A DNA stretch of 64,000 nt from the NCBI GenBank assembly GCA_963720495.1, contig CAVRFU010000004.1, positions 295,900 to 359,899 of the forward strand. The letters are read 5' to 3'. The stretch comes from an uncultured Chloroflexia bacterium. Lineage in GTDB: Bacteria > Chloroflexota > Limnocylindria > Limnocylindrales > CSP1-4. Position numbers and translations under genes: made by a program. Positions 45,012-54,220 of the stretch are shown here, piece after piece (the stretch's first letter is position 1; each line of letters begins with the position of its first letter). Below the pieces are notes generated by a model. The model did no database searches. It saw only the letters and a list, made by a program, of their open reading frames with translations, and had not been told where the DNA came from.

Positions 45012-45358
45012 TGCGGCCGACCTTCCACCTCGTTCCGGAGACGGTCTGGGCGGCTTCGGATCCGGCCGGACCCTACGCTGCCGCGTCGCTCGCGAGCGAG
45101 GGGTTCATCCACTGCACGGATGGGGTGGACGAGCTCGGTGCGACGTTCGATCGACACTACGCGGCGGACCCTCGGTCGTTCCTGGCGCTGACCGTCGACC
45201 TGGACGCGACGGGCTCGCCGTGGCGCTTCGACCTGGCGGGATCGCCGTATCCGCACATCTACGGCCCGATCGGCCGGACGGCCATCCAGGCGGTCGCCAC
45301 CGTCGACCGCGACGCGGACGGGCGGTTCGTCGGGCTCGGGGAGCCGGTCCCCGTCTGA
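45011..45358 (+). CDS. DUF952 domain protein
   Basis: 115 aa with EGFIHCTDGVDEL... typical of DUF952. Confidence 0.6.
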   Translation: MRPTFHLVPETVWAASDPAGPYAAASLASEGFIHCTDGVDELGATFDRHYAADPRSFLALTVDLDATGSPWRFDLAGSPYPHIYGPIGRTAIQAVATVDRDADGRFVGLGEPVPV

Positions 45359-45385
45359 CTCCTCGCGATCGAAGCCGCGCCGGTG

Positions 45386-46240
45386 TCAGCCGGCTCCCTT
45401 GCGCCCCGTCACCGAGAACGACAGCGGGATCCGGCCGCGCTCATCGGCGCGCACGTCGGCGTGACCGCCCCACCAGTCGATCGGGTACTCCGCCAGCTCC
45501 TCGAGCCGCAGGTCGGCGCCCAGCAGCGCGGTGACGACCTCGCCGAGCGTCCAGGCTCGTGCGAACTTCAGGCTCAGGTCCGGGTCGGCGATCGACAGGC
45601 GATCGATGTACTCGGGCGCCCAGCCGCGCGACGCCTCCGGGCCACCGAAGTAGTCGTAGTCCGTGGCGATCCACCGACCGTCCGGCCCGGCGTCGAACAG
45701 CCACTCGGCGGGATGACCCTCGAACAGGACGAACCGCCCGGTCGGGCTGAGCAGACGGGCGATGACGGCAGCCCAGGCGTCGAGGTCCTGGAGCCAGATG
45801 AGCGAGCCGCGTCCCGTGTACACGAGGTCGGCGGTGCCATCCAGCTCGGCCGGGGTGTCCAGCACGTCCGACAGCACCCAGCGCGCCGGGGCGCCGGTCG
45901 CCTCGGTCAGGCGGGCGGCCAGCTCGAGCATGCGCGGGCTGAAGTCGATCCCGACGACCTCCTCGGCGCCGTGGTTCCAGAGCGAGAGCGTGTCTCGGCC
46001 TGCCGCGCACTGGAGGTGGATCGCGCGGTGGCAGCGCCCATGGAGATCGCCGATCAACGCCGTCTCGACGCCGAAGAGGTTCGTGCCGCCCGCGCGGATC
46101 AGCGCAACGGCCTCGTCGAACCAGCCCTCGTAGCGTTCGGCGGCCTCATCCCAGGCCGCCCGGTTGGCGGCGTGCATGCCCGCCACGTCCGACCGTTCGT
46201 CGGGGGTGGCCGGCCGAACCAGCTCTGCGTCGTCTGCCAC
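45386..46240 (-). CDS. Class I SAM-dependent methyltransferase
   Basis: Rossmann-type motif VVGIDFSPRMLELA and ADLVYTGRGSLIWLQD, 284 aa. Confidence 0.7.
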   Translation of the reverse strand: MADDAELVRPATPDERSDVAGMHAANRAAWDEAAERYEGWFDEAVALIRAGGTNLFGVETALIGDLHGRCHRAIHLQCAAGRDTLSLWNHGAEEVVGIDFSPRMLELAARLTEATGAPARWVLSDVLDTPAELDGTADLVYTGRGSLIWLQDLDAWAAVIARLLSPTGRFVLFEGHPAEWLFDAGPDGRWIATDYDYFGGPEASRGWAPEYIDRLSIADPDLSLKFARAWTLGEVVTALLGADLRLEELAEYPIDWWGGHADVRADERGRIPLSFSVTGRKGAG

Positions 46241-46255
46241 CCGCGGAGCGTAGCG

Positions 46256-46681
46256 TCAGGCGGCGGCGGACGACGCTTCGCGCTGCAGCGTGATGACCGG
46301 GATCACCCGCGTCGTGCGGGCCTCGTACTCGAGGAAGCTGGGATTGATCGCGGCGTGCTGGTCGTAGAGGCGGCGGCGTTCGGCCCCATCGGCGACGTGA
46401 GCGATCGCCGTGAACCGCTCGCCATCGATCTCGACGGTGACCCGCGGCTGGGCGACGAGGTTGTGGTACCAGGACGGGTGCTTCGGCGCCCCGCCCATCG
46501 AGGCGATGATGACGATCCGGTCGCCGTCGCGCGAGTAGACGAGCGGGATCTCGCGGGTCGCGCCCGACTTCGCCCCGACGGTCGTGAGGATGACCATCGG
46601 CCGTCCGACGAACGGTCCGCTCGTGGCGTGTCCGTCGTTGGCCCGCAGGTCGGCGATGAGGTCGTGATTGAAGTCGGACAT
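46256..46681 (-). CDS. Nitroreductase-family deazaflavin (F420H2)-dependent oxidoreductase-like protein (DUF385/Ddn family)
   Basis: PMVILTTVGAKSGATREIPLVYSRDGDRIVIIASMGGAPKHPSWYHNLVAQPRVTVEIDGERF is the Ddn-family split-barrel signature. Confidence 0.7.
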   Translation of the reverse strand: MSDFNHDLIADLRANDGHATSGPFVGRPMVILTTVGAKSGATREIPLVYSRDGDRIVIIASMGGAPKHPSWYHNLVAQPRVTVEIDGERFTAIAHVADGAERRRLYDQHAAINPSFLEYEARTTRVIPVITLQREASSAAA

Positions 46682-46799
46682 GGGTGGGGCTCTCCTGGTC
46701 GCGGGGCTGGCTGACGTGATCGAGAGCCTAGCAGGATTTCTGTTGCGCGGTCAACTACTTGCGTGGTATCGTCGGACGAGACCAAAGGAGTCGAACCAC

Positions 46800-47804
46800 A
46801 TGCCCGCCGTCGTCGTCGAAGACATCACCATCCTGCCGCGCATCCCGGAACCGGATCCGGCGATCGCCCGATCGCGGCCGGTCCGCAGCGTCACCAGTGC
46901 CCCACGCGGCTTCGAAGGCGAGGGCTTTCCGGTCCGGCGCGCGTTCGCAGGCGTCGACCTGGCCGACCTCGATCCGTTCATCCACCTCGACCAGATGGGC
47001 GAGGTGGAATACGCGCCCGGCGAACCGAAGGGCACGCCCTGGCATCCCCACCGAGGGTTCGAGACCGTCACCTACATGATCGACGGCGTCTTCGAGCACG
47101 CGGATTCGAACGGCGGCGGCGGGGTCATCACCAACGGCGACACCCAATGGATGACCGCCGGGGCCGGGATCCTCCATATCGAGAAGCCGCCGGAGTGGCT
47201 GGTCGTGAGCGGCGGCCTGTTCCACGGCCTGCAGCTGTGGGTCAACCTGCCGGCCGACCAGAAGCTGACCGCACCGCGCTACCAGGACCTGCGTGCGAGC
47301 GAGGTGGCCCTGGTCTCCTCGCCGGACGGTGGCGCGCTGATCCGGGTGATCGCGGGCGACGTGGCCGGTCACGCGGGTCCGGGGTCCACCTATTCACCGA
47401 TGACCATGGTCCACGCGACCCTCAGCGCGGGTGCGCGCGTGTCCCTGCCCTGGCGTTCGGACTACAACGCGCTCGTCTACGTCCTGGCGGGGCAGGGGAG
47501 CATCGGGCCCGAGGCCCGGCAGATCGGCACCGGCCAGCTCGCCGTTCTGGGCGAGGGCTCGGCCATCACCGTGGCGGCGTCGGCCGCCCAGGACGAGCGG
47601 ACGCCGAACCTCGACGTCATCGTGCTCGGCGGCCGGCCGATCCGCGAGCCGGTCGCCTGGATGGGCCCGTTCGTGATGAACACGCGCGACGAGGTCCTGC
47701 AGGCCGTCCGCGACTACCAGGCCGGGCGGCTGGGCTCGATCCCGGCCGTCCACAACGCCCCGACGACCCTCATCGAGACGCGGCGGCCGGCCGACCCCGC
47801 GTGA
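46800..47804 (+). CDS. Pirin-family bicupin protein
   Basis: HPHRGFETVTYMIDGVFEHADSNGGGGVI...GDTQWMTAGAGILHIE is the pirin N-terminal cupin. ATG 46800 follows AAGGAG; the upstream part of the ORF was discarded. Confidence 0.85.
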   Translation: MPAVVVEDITILPRIPEPDPAIARSRPVRSVTSAPRGFEGEGFPVRRAFAGVDLADLDPFIHLDQMGEVEYAPGEPKGTPWHPHRGFETVTYMIDGVFEHADSNGGGGVITNGDTQWMTAGAGILHIEKPPEWLVVSGGLFHGLQLWVNLPADQKLTAPRYQDLRASEVALVSSPDGGALIRVIAGDVAGHAGPGSTYSPMTMVHATLSAGARVSLPWRSDYNALVYVLAGQGSIGPEARQIGTGQLAVLGEGSAITVAASAAQDERTPNLDVIVLGGRPIREPVAWMGPFVMNTRDEVLQAVRDYQAGRLGSIPAVHNAPTTLIETRRPADPA

Positions 47805-47816
47805 CGGAGCGCCGGC

Positions 47817-48357
47817 TCAGCCCGAGTCGCCCGAGAGCTCCAGCAGCCGGCTGACCGTCCGCCAGTTCCGCGTGGTCGCGGTCACGCCGAGCCGGCGTTC
47901 GGTCAGAAGCCCGGGCAGCTTGCTGTTGCCGAGGCCGTCAGGGCAGTCGAGGTGGATCTCCCTGCCGATCAGCCGGGATTCGTCCGGCCCGAGCGTGACG
48001 TGCTCGATCTCGCGGGCGATCTCGGTCCCCGGCGCCGCGGAGAGGAACATCACGAACCGCCGGCTCGGGTCGGCGCCCGGGAACGGGTCGGCCTCGACGA
48101 TCGCCGGCCATGTCGCCATGGGAGCGGTCGAGCACGCGCACCTCGATGCCGAGCTCGCGCTTGATCGCCCGCTCGACGCCTTTGCCCACACCGGCCGGAT
48201 CACGGTCGCGGCGGAACACGACGTTGCCGCTCTGGAGGTACGTGGCCACCTCCTCGCACCCGAGCGCCTCGTAGAGGGCGCGGAGCCGGGCCATCGACAC
48301 GAGGTTGTGGCCACCGACGTTGATCCCGCGCAGCAACGACACATGGCGAACGGTCAT
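47817..48357 (-). CDS. DUF1697 domain protein (frame disruption near 48120)
   Basis: MTVRHVSLLRGINVGGHNLVSMARLRALYEALGCEEVATYLQSGNVVF is the DUF1697 N-terminus. The C-terminal half (...FVMFLSAAPGTEIAREIEHVTLGPDESRLIGREIHLDCPDG...) is in a second frame. Confidence 0.6.
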
Positions 48358-48426
48358 GGATGGACTCTAGCCTGACCGCGGGTGGAGGCGGCAGCCCCTC
48401 TGCCGCGCGTTGCATACTGCGCAGCG

Positions 48427-48657
48427 ATGCGCCTCCAGCCCAACCCGCCGCGCCTGGTCACCGTCGGGGTCGCGCTCGTCCTCGGCGCGATCGGCCTGGT
48501 CTACGCGTGGCCGATCGACGCGCTGGTCCCGATCCTGGCCCCGGTCACCGATCTGCTGGCCAACGTCGGGCTGACGATGGACCGCGAGCTCGGGAACCTG
48601 TGCCTCTTCGCCTGCCCGAGCCTCCTGGTCGTCGGCTCATTGCTCCCCGGGATCTGA
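48427..48657 (+). CDS. Small two-TM membrane protein (76 aa)
   Basis: MRLQPNPPRLVTVGVALVLGAIGLVYAW...LCLFACPSLLVVGSLLPGI. It shows weak similarity to the next small ORF. Confidence 0.35.
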   Translation: MRLQPNPPRLVTVGVALVLGAIGLVYAWPIDALVPILAPVTDLLANVGLTMDRELGNLCLFACPSLLVVGSLLPGI

Positions 48658-48658
48658 C

Positions 48659-48832
48659 GTGAACCGCACGAACTTCGCCCCGACGGCACGGACCATCATC
48701 GTGGCCCTGGTCCTGATCATCGTCGGCTTGCTCGGGACGTACGGCACGCTCGTCCCGGAGAGGGTCGGCATCATCGCGTTCGTCGCCGCGACCGCGATCC
48801 TGCTGATCGGGATGGTGTTCCGCCGGATCTGA
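48659..48832 (+). CDS. Small two-TM membrane protein (57 aa), tandem partner of the previous ORF
   Basis: VNRTNFAPTARTIIVALVLIIVGLLGTYGTLVPERVGIIAFVAATAILLIGMVFRRI. GTG lies 1 nt after the upstream stop. It is below the ORF-track size cutoff. Confidence 0.35.
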   Translation: MNRTNFAPTARTIIVALVLIIVGLLGTYGTLVPERVGIIAFVAATAILLIGMVFRRI

Positions 48833-48846
48833 AGGGTGGCCGGCGG

Positions 48847-49457
48847 TCAGACGCCTCGGGCCACGCCGTCGGCGGACGTCGTGCCGCGCGCCGGGCTGCG
48901 CCGCGAGACGAACCACGCGACGAGGCCACCGAGCAGCGCCCCCGCCAGCACGCTCACGAGGATGAGCGCGCCCGTCGGGCGGGCCGGCCGGCTCCGGAGC
49001 GTTCGCGGTCGCCGCGCTGCCGGTCGTGCCCGAGCCTGCGACCGGAGGCAGCCGCCGCCGTGGCATCGCCGACGAGGATCACGCCGGACATCCCGCGATG
49101 CAGCGCACAGGCATACGGATACGTGCCGGCCGTGTCGAACCGGTAGCTCGGCGGTCTCGCCCGGCACGAGCTCGACGTCACGGGAGCCCCATGCCTGGTT
49201 CGCGCCGGTGACGAGGTGGGTGAAGTCCGTGCCGTTGGTGAACGTCACCGTCTCGCCGACGTCGACCTGCGTGACGGTCGGGCTGAAGGCGCACGGCAGG
49301 AGACTGACCTGCGGCGGTCGAGCGCGGTCGTCTGCGACGGCATCGCGTAGTCGTGGTAGCACGGGTCGCCGGCCGACACGATCGGCACGGCGGCCAGCCA
49401 GAGGACCAGGCCGGACGCCAGGACGAGGAGCGACAGGGGAGCGGCCAGGCGACGCAT
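48847..49457 (-). CDS. Cupredoxin (type-1 blue copper) domain protein with a signal peptide and a possible C-terminal TM anchor, with at least 2-3 frame disruptions
   Basis: Signal peptide MRRLAAPLSLLVLASGLVLWLAAV. The cupredoxin strands follow (SPTVTQVDVGETVTFTNGTDFTHLVTG) and the copper-ligand loop YPYACALHRGMSGVILVGD matches a C-x-x-H-x-x-M site, each in a different frame. A hydrophobic tail LILVSVLAGALLGGLVAWFV sits in a further frame. Confidence 0.5.
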
Positions 49458-49531
49458 GGTGGCAACCTCCAGCGGGATACGCGGTCATCCTCCATACACC
49501 GCCGAGCCGGCCGTGGTTCCCGGCTGTCACC

Positions 49532-50662
49532 ATGGACGGCATGACCCGTCATGCCGGCGGCGACCGGATCGGCCTGCGTGCGCTCAATCGAGCGACGCTG
49601 GCGCGGCAGCTCCTGCTCGAACGCTCGACGCTGTCGATCCCGGACGCCATCGAGCATCTCGTCGGGCTCCAGGCGCAGACCCCGCACACGTGGTACACGG
49701 CCCTGTGGTCCCGGCTCCACGATTTCCGGCCGGAAGACGTGTCGGACCTCATCGTCGACCGACGCGTGGTCCGGCTCGCACTCATGCGCGGGACCATCCA
49801 CCTGGTCACGGCACGCGACGCCTGGGGCCTCCGACCGCTCGTCCAGCCGGTCATGGACCGGGTCCAGAAGGGCCAGTTCGGCAAGCGCCTGGTCGGCGTC
49901 GATCCCGACGAGGTCGTGGCGATGGGCCGCGCCTACGTGGATGCCGAGCCGCGCACGTTCAAGGCGCTGGGCGACCATCTGCTGACGCGCTGGCCGGACC
50001 GCGACCGTTTCGCGCTCGAGCAGCAGGTCCGGACGACCGTGCCCCTGATCCAGGTCCCGCCCCGCGGCCTGTGGGGCCGAAGCGGGCCGATCGCGCACAC
50101 CTCGATCGAGGCGTGGCTCGGGGCGCCGCCGGCCGACCGGCCGGACCTCGACACGCTCGTCCTCCGCTACCTGCGCGCGTTCGGGCCGGCGGGCGTCATG
50201 GACATCCAGGCGTGGTGCGGCCTGACCCGGCTGTCCGAGGTCGTCGACCGCCTCCGGCCGGGCCTCGTGACGTTCCGCGATGACGCAGGGCGGGAGCTGT
50301 TCGACCTGCCGGAGGCGCCGCGCCCGGATCCCGACACGCCCGCTCCACCGCGCTTCCTGTACGACTTCGAGAACATGCTGCTGTCGTACGCGGATCGCAC
50401 CCGCGCGATCTCGGCCGAGGTCGCCCGCGCGGCCGCGCCGGTCACCCAGGAGTCGATCAGCAGCTACACGATCGACGGGTTCGTGGCCGGGACGTGGCGC
50501 GTGGAGCGCGAGCGCGGCCGGGACGTGGCCGATCTCGTGCTCCGGCCGATCGTGCCGCTCGAGGCCCGTGATGCGGCGGCCCTGGCCGACGAGGGCGCGG
50601 CGCTCCTGGCGTTCCTCGCGCCGGCGTCGGTCACACGGGACGTCCGGTTCGAGCCGCGGTAG
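49532..50662 (+). CDS. Second winged-helix HTH_42 protein of the AlkZ/YcaQ-like DNA glycosylase family
   Basis: IEHLVGLQAQTPHTWYTAL carries a Q-hydrophobic-Q motif at the expected N-terminal position. It is 376 aa and a paralog of the gene at 6009-7109. Confidence 0.7.
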   Translation: MDGMTRHAGGDRIGLRALNRATLARQLLLERSTLSIPDAIEHLVGLQAQTPHTWYTALWSRLHDFRPEDVSDLIVDRRVVRLALMRGTIHLVTARDAWGLRPLVQPVMDRVQKGQFGKRLVGVDPDEVVAMGRAYVDAEPRTFKALGDHLLTRWPDRDRFALEQQVRTTVPLIQVPPRGLWGRSGPIAHTSIEAWLGAPPADRPDLDTLVLRYLRAFGPAGVMDIQAWCGLTRLSEVVDRLRPGLVTFRDDAGRELFDLPEAPRPDPDTPAPPRFLYDFENMLLSYADRTRAISAEVARAAAPVTQESISSYTIDGFVAGTWRVERERGRDVADLVLRPIVPLEARDAAALADEGAALLAFLAPASVTRDVRFEPR

Positions 50663-50847
50663 CCGCTCGCCACCGAGTTGCAACCGAGCGCCGTCTTGCC
50701 AGCTGAGAGTCCCTCGTGCCACAATCCGGAAACGATGACTCGCGTCACGCTCGCCTGCGCCTGTTCGTGTCGCCCCTCTGCCAAGCAGGGCAGGTGGTGT
50801 ATCTAGGCGTGCGAACAACCTGACCCGCACGCCGGACCGCATCCCTC

Positions 50848-50873
50848 CCCCTGCTGGCCAGGGGTTTTTTGTT
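50848..50873 (+). terminator. Intrinsic terminator (CCCCTG-ctggc-CAGGGG followed by TTTTTTGTT)
   Basis: 6-bp GC stem followed by a run of six T. It lies 186 nt after the AlkZ-like stop and 42 nt before the rhodanese start, so it may act as a leader attenuator or the 3' end of a short transcript. Confidence 0.6.
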
Positions 50874-50914
50874 GCCCCGAGGCCACCGCACCCTTCACAC
50901 ACGAGGACGCATCC

Positions 50915-52232
50915 ATGACCACCATCTCCACGAGCGAGCTCCGGGACCGACTCGACGACCCGAACCTGACGATCGTCGACGTCCGGCCCCTCGTCGCCTA
51001 CAACGGCTGGCGACGAGGCACGGCCGTTCGCGGCGGCCACGTGCCCGGCGCCGTCGCCTTCCCGATCGCCTGGCTCTATTCGGTCGACGAAGTCGAGATC
51101 GAGCGCCTGCTCGACTCGAAGGGCATCACCGCCGGGCGCGACATCGTCGTCTACGGCGACAGCGCCACCGAGGCCGCCACGTTCGTCACCAAGCTCGACA
51201 CGCTCGGCATCGAGGGCGCCCGGATCTACGAGGGCGGCGCCGGGGAGTGGACCGCCGACGAGTCGCTGCCGCTCGACCGTCTCCAGAACTACGACAAGCT
51301 GGTCGACATCGAGTGGCTCCGCGAGGTCCTCGACGGCGGCCGGCCGGAGGCGGCACCGACGGGCAGGTTCCTGCTCTTCCACGTCAACTTCGGGGTGCCC
51401 GAGGAGTACGCCGAGGCGCACATCCCGGGCGCGCTCTTCCTCGACACCAACTGGCTGGAGGACCCGGTCGACTGGAACCGCCGATCGCCGGCGGCGATCA
51501 CCGCGGCGCTGGAGGGCCTCGGCATCACCAGACGACACGACGATCGTCGTGTACGGCCGCGACACCGAAGGTGAGGCCAACGAGAAGTGGCCCGGCCGGC
51601 GCGCCGGCCAGATCGCCGCGACGCGGGCGCTGATGATCCTGCGCTACGCCGGCGTCGACGACGTCCGGCTGCTGGACGGCGGCTACGACTGGTGGGTCCG
51701 GGCCGGCAATCCGGTCGAGACCGAGCTGCGCAGCCCGACCCCGGTCGAGGCGTTCGGGGTCCAGGTGCCGTTGCGTCCGGAGGTCATCGTCGACATCGAG
51801 GAGGCCAAGGAGATCATCGCCGATCCGGCCGGCGCGGCGCTGGTGAGCGTCCGGACCTGGCGCGAGCACATCGGCAACGTCAGCGGCTACAACTACATCG
51901 GCCCGGCGGGTCGGATCAAGGGCGACGTCTGGGGCAACTGCGGCACCGACGCGTACCACATGCAGCACTACCGGAACATCGACAACACGATGCGCGCCTA
52001 CCCGGAGATCGCGGCCAACTGGGACGAGGCCGGGATCACGCCCGACAAGTGGGTCGCCTTCTACTGCGGCACCGGCTGGCGGGCAAGCGAGACCTGGTTC
52101 TACGCGTACCTCCAGGGATGGGAGCGCATCGCGGTCTACGACGGCGGCTGGTTCGAGTGGAGCCAGGACCCGATCAACAATCCGATCGAGGTCGGCGAGC
52201 CGGAGACGGCCGAGGAGGGGACCGCCGCCTGA
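50915..52232 (+). CDS. Two-domain rhodanese (thiosulfate/3-mercaptopyruvate sulfurtransferase, SseA-like), +1 frame disruption near 51530
   Basis: The N-terminal inactive rhodanese domain (LTIVDVRPLVAYNGWRRG...) reads in frame 2. The C-terminal catalytic domain with active-site loop FYCGTGWRAS reads in frame 0. Confidence 0.8.
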
Positions 52233-52347
52233 GCTCTCGCGGCTCGCCGGCCACTGCGATGCGCCTGCGATGCCGGCGGGTCGTTCTGTGAGCCGGTGAG
52301 CCGCCGGCCGCTCGATAGATTGAACGTGCTCGAAGGAGCCGCGAACA

Positions 52348-52396
52348 TCTAGTGATCCGGCCCGTTGTTTACATCGGTTTGGAACAGCTAGTGATC
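52348..52396 (+). repeat. Direct repeat CTAGTGATC x2 (33-nt spacing) in a locally AT-rich intergenic region; candidate operator
   Basis: CTAGTGATC at 52348-52356 and 52388-52396 flanks TTGTTTACATCGGTTTGGAACA, a partial TGTT..AACA palindrome. It lies 50-100 nt upstream of the hydrolase GTG at 52449. Confidence 0.35.
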
Positions 52397-52448
52397 AAGG
52401 TTCCTTCGAGTTTTTCGTGGGAGCCGGCCGGGAGGGTACCCTCGTCAC

Positions 52449-54214
52449 GTGACCCTGAGCGACGCCCTGGCCGAGGTGGACGCCGTCTTCGAGCGGTTCG
52501 CCGCGCGCGATCTCGTCCCGGGCTTCGTCTACGGGGTCGTCGTCGACGGCGGTCTGGCGCACGCGACGGGCCACGGCACGCTCCGCGCCGGGACCGACGC
52601 GCCACCCGACCGGGACAGCCGATTCCGGATCGCCTCGATGACCAAGAGCTTCACGGCGGCCGCCGTCCTCCTGCTGCGCGACGAAGGACGCCTGCGGCTC
52701 GACGATCCGGTCACGACGTGGGTCCCGGAGCTGGCCGCGACGCAGGCCGCCCAGACGGCCGATTCGCCGTCGATCACGATCGGCAGCCTCCTGACGATGT
52801 CGGCCGGGCTGCCGACCGACGATCCGTGGGGCGACCGCCAGCAGGGACTGGCGTTCGGGCCGTTCTTCGACCTCCTGCGCGAGCCGCTGCCGACGGCGTG
52901 GCCGCCCGACACGCGGTTCGAGTATTCCAACCTGGGCTACGGGATCCTCGGCCGGGTCATCACGAACAGCTCCGGCATCGAATACAGGGATCTCGTGCGG
53001 ACCCGGTTCCTCGAGCCGCTGGGGATGACCGCGACGACCTACGCGATGGAGGAGATCCCGGCCGACCAGCTCGCCCACGGGTACGTGCGGCGCGACGACG
53101 CCTGGCTCGAGGAACCGATCGACGGCTACGGCGCCCTGGCCTCGATGGGCGGCGTGTTCACGTCGGTCGCCGATCTCGCCCGATGGGTCGCCGGCTTCAC
53201 CGATGCGTTCCCGCCGCGCGACGCGCCGGACGACGGTCACCCGCTCCGTCGCGCGACCCGCCGGGAGATGCAGCAGGCCAGGCGCTCGGTCGATCCCGAG
53301 CTCACGTGGGCCTCGACCGAGGCTGCGCCGATCCTGCTCGGCGGCGGCTACGGCTACGGCCTGTTCATCGCCGACGACCTGCGGCTCGGCCGGGTCGTCG
53401 GGCCACGGCGGCGGATATCCCGGGTTCGGCTCGAACATGATGTGGCACCCGGCCTCCGGGATCGGTGTCGTCGCGGTCGCCAACGCCCGCTACGCGCCGA
53501 TGTTCCGACCGGTCATGGAGGCGCTCGCGGGGCTGGTCGGCGGATCGCCGGAGCGTGTGCGTCGTGCCGTTCCGTGGCCGGGCACGATCGAGGCGCGGGC
53601 CGCCGTGGAGCGCCTGCTCGGGCGCTGGGACGACGCCGAGGCGGCCGCGCTGTTCTCGATGAACGTCGACCTCGACGAGCCCGTCGCCCGTCGCCGCGCG
53701 GCGATCGAGGGCCTCCAGCCGACCCACGGGACGCTGACGCCCGACGCATCCGTGGAGCCGGAGAGCCACGGGCCGTCCCACCTGGCCTGGTGGCTGCGGG
53801 GCGAACGAGGCCGTGTCCGGGTCGAGATCCTGATGAGCCCGGAGCGGCCGCCGCGGGTCCAGGGGCTCACGCATCACCTCTGTCCCGGAGCCACCGCCGC
53901 AGCTCGCGGACATCGCCCGTCGGCTGGCCGCGTCACTCGGCACGCCCGGTCCCGCGTGGCCGGCCGACCTTCGCCTCGCGGCTGCCCTCGATCACGATGC
54001 GATCGCTCGAGCCCTGCGGGCGGCAGAGGCACGGTTCGGGCCGGTCATGCTCGGCGACGCGATCGCGTCCGATGGCGCGACGCGGGCCACGTGGCGGCTG
54101 ACGGGTGACCGTGGCGACGTGGACCTCACGCTCGCGCTGGACGCCGCCACCGCGGAGCTGACCGAGGTCGCCTTCGTGCCGCGGCCGATGGAGCCGCCGG
54201 TGCAGGCGGTCTGA
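52449..54214 (+). CDS. Beta-lactamase-related serine hydrolase (class C/PBP-like, SxxK) with a C-terminal extra domain; two +1 frame disruptions near 53400 and 53870
   Basis: RFRIASMTKSFTAAAVLLL (S-M-T-K) and FEYSNLGYGILG read in frame 0. HGGGYPGFGSNMMWHPASGIGVVAVANARY reads in frame 1. The C-terminal PAWPADLRLAAALDHDAIARALRAAEARFGPVML reads in frame 2, ending at the TGA at 54212-54214. Confidence 0.65.
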
Positions 54215-54220
54215 GGCGGG

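Noticed and set aside
46668-46799. TTG-initiated 44-codon extension upstream of pirin
   Set aside because: It overlaps the divergent Ddn-like gene's start region and has no RBS. ATG 46800 has AAGGAG 9 nt upstream and matches the pirin N-terminus.
50663-50847. SRP RNA or 6S-like ncRNA in the AlkZ-rhodanese spacer
   Set aside because: It lacks the conserved SRP domain IV motif and the 6S bubble architecture. Only a promoter-like element, a mini-ORF and a terminator could be supported, reported above as speculative.
49178-51580. 800-aa minus-strand ORF
   Set aside because: It is antisense to the AlkZ-like gene and the rhodanese gene. Its R/P/G-rich composition is typical of wrong-strand ORFs in high-GC DNA, and it has no recognisable domains.
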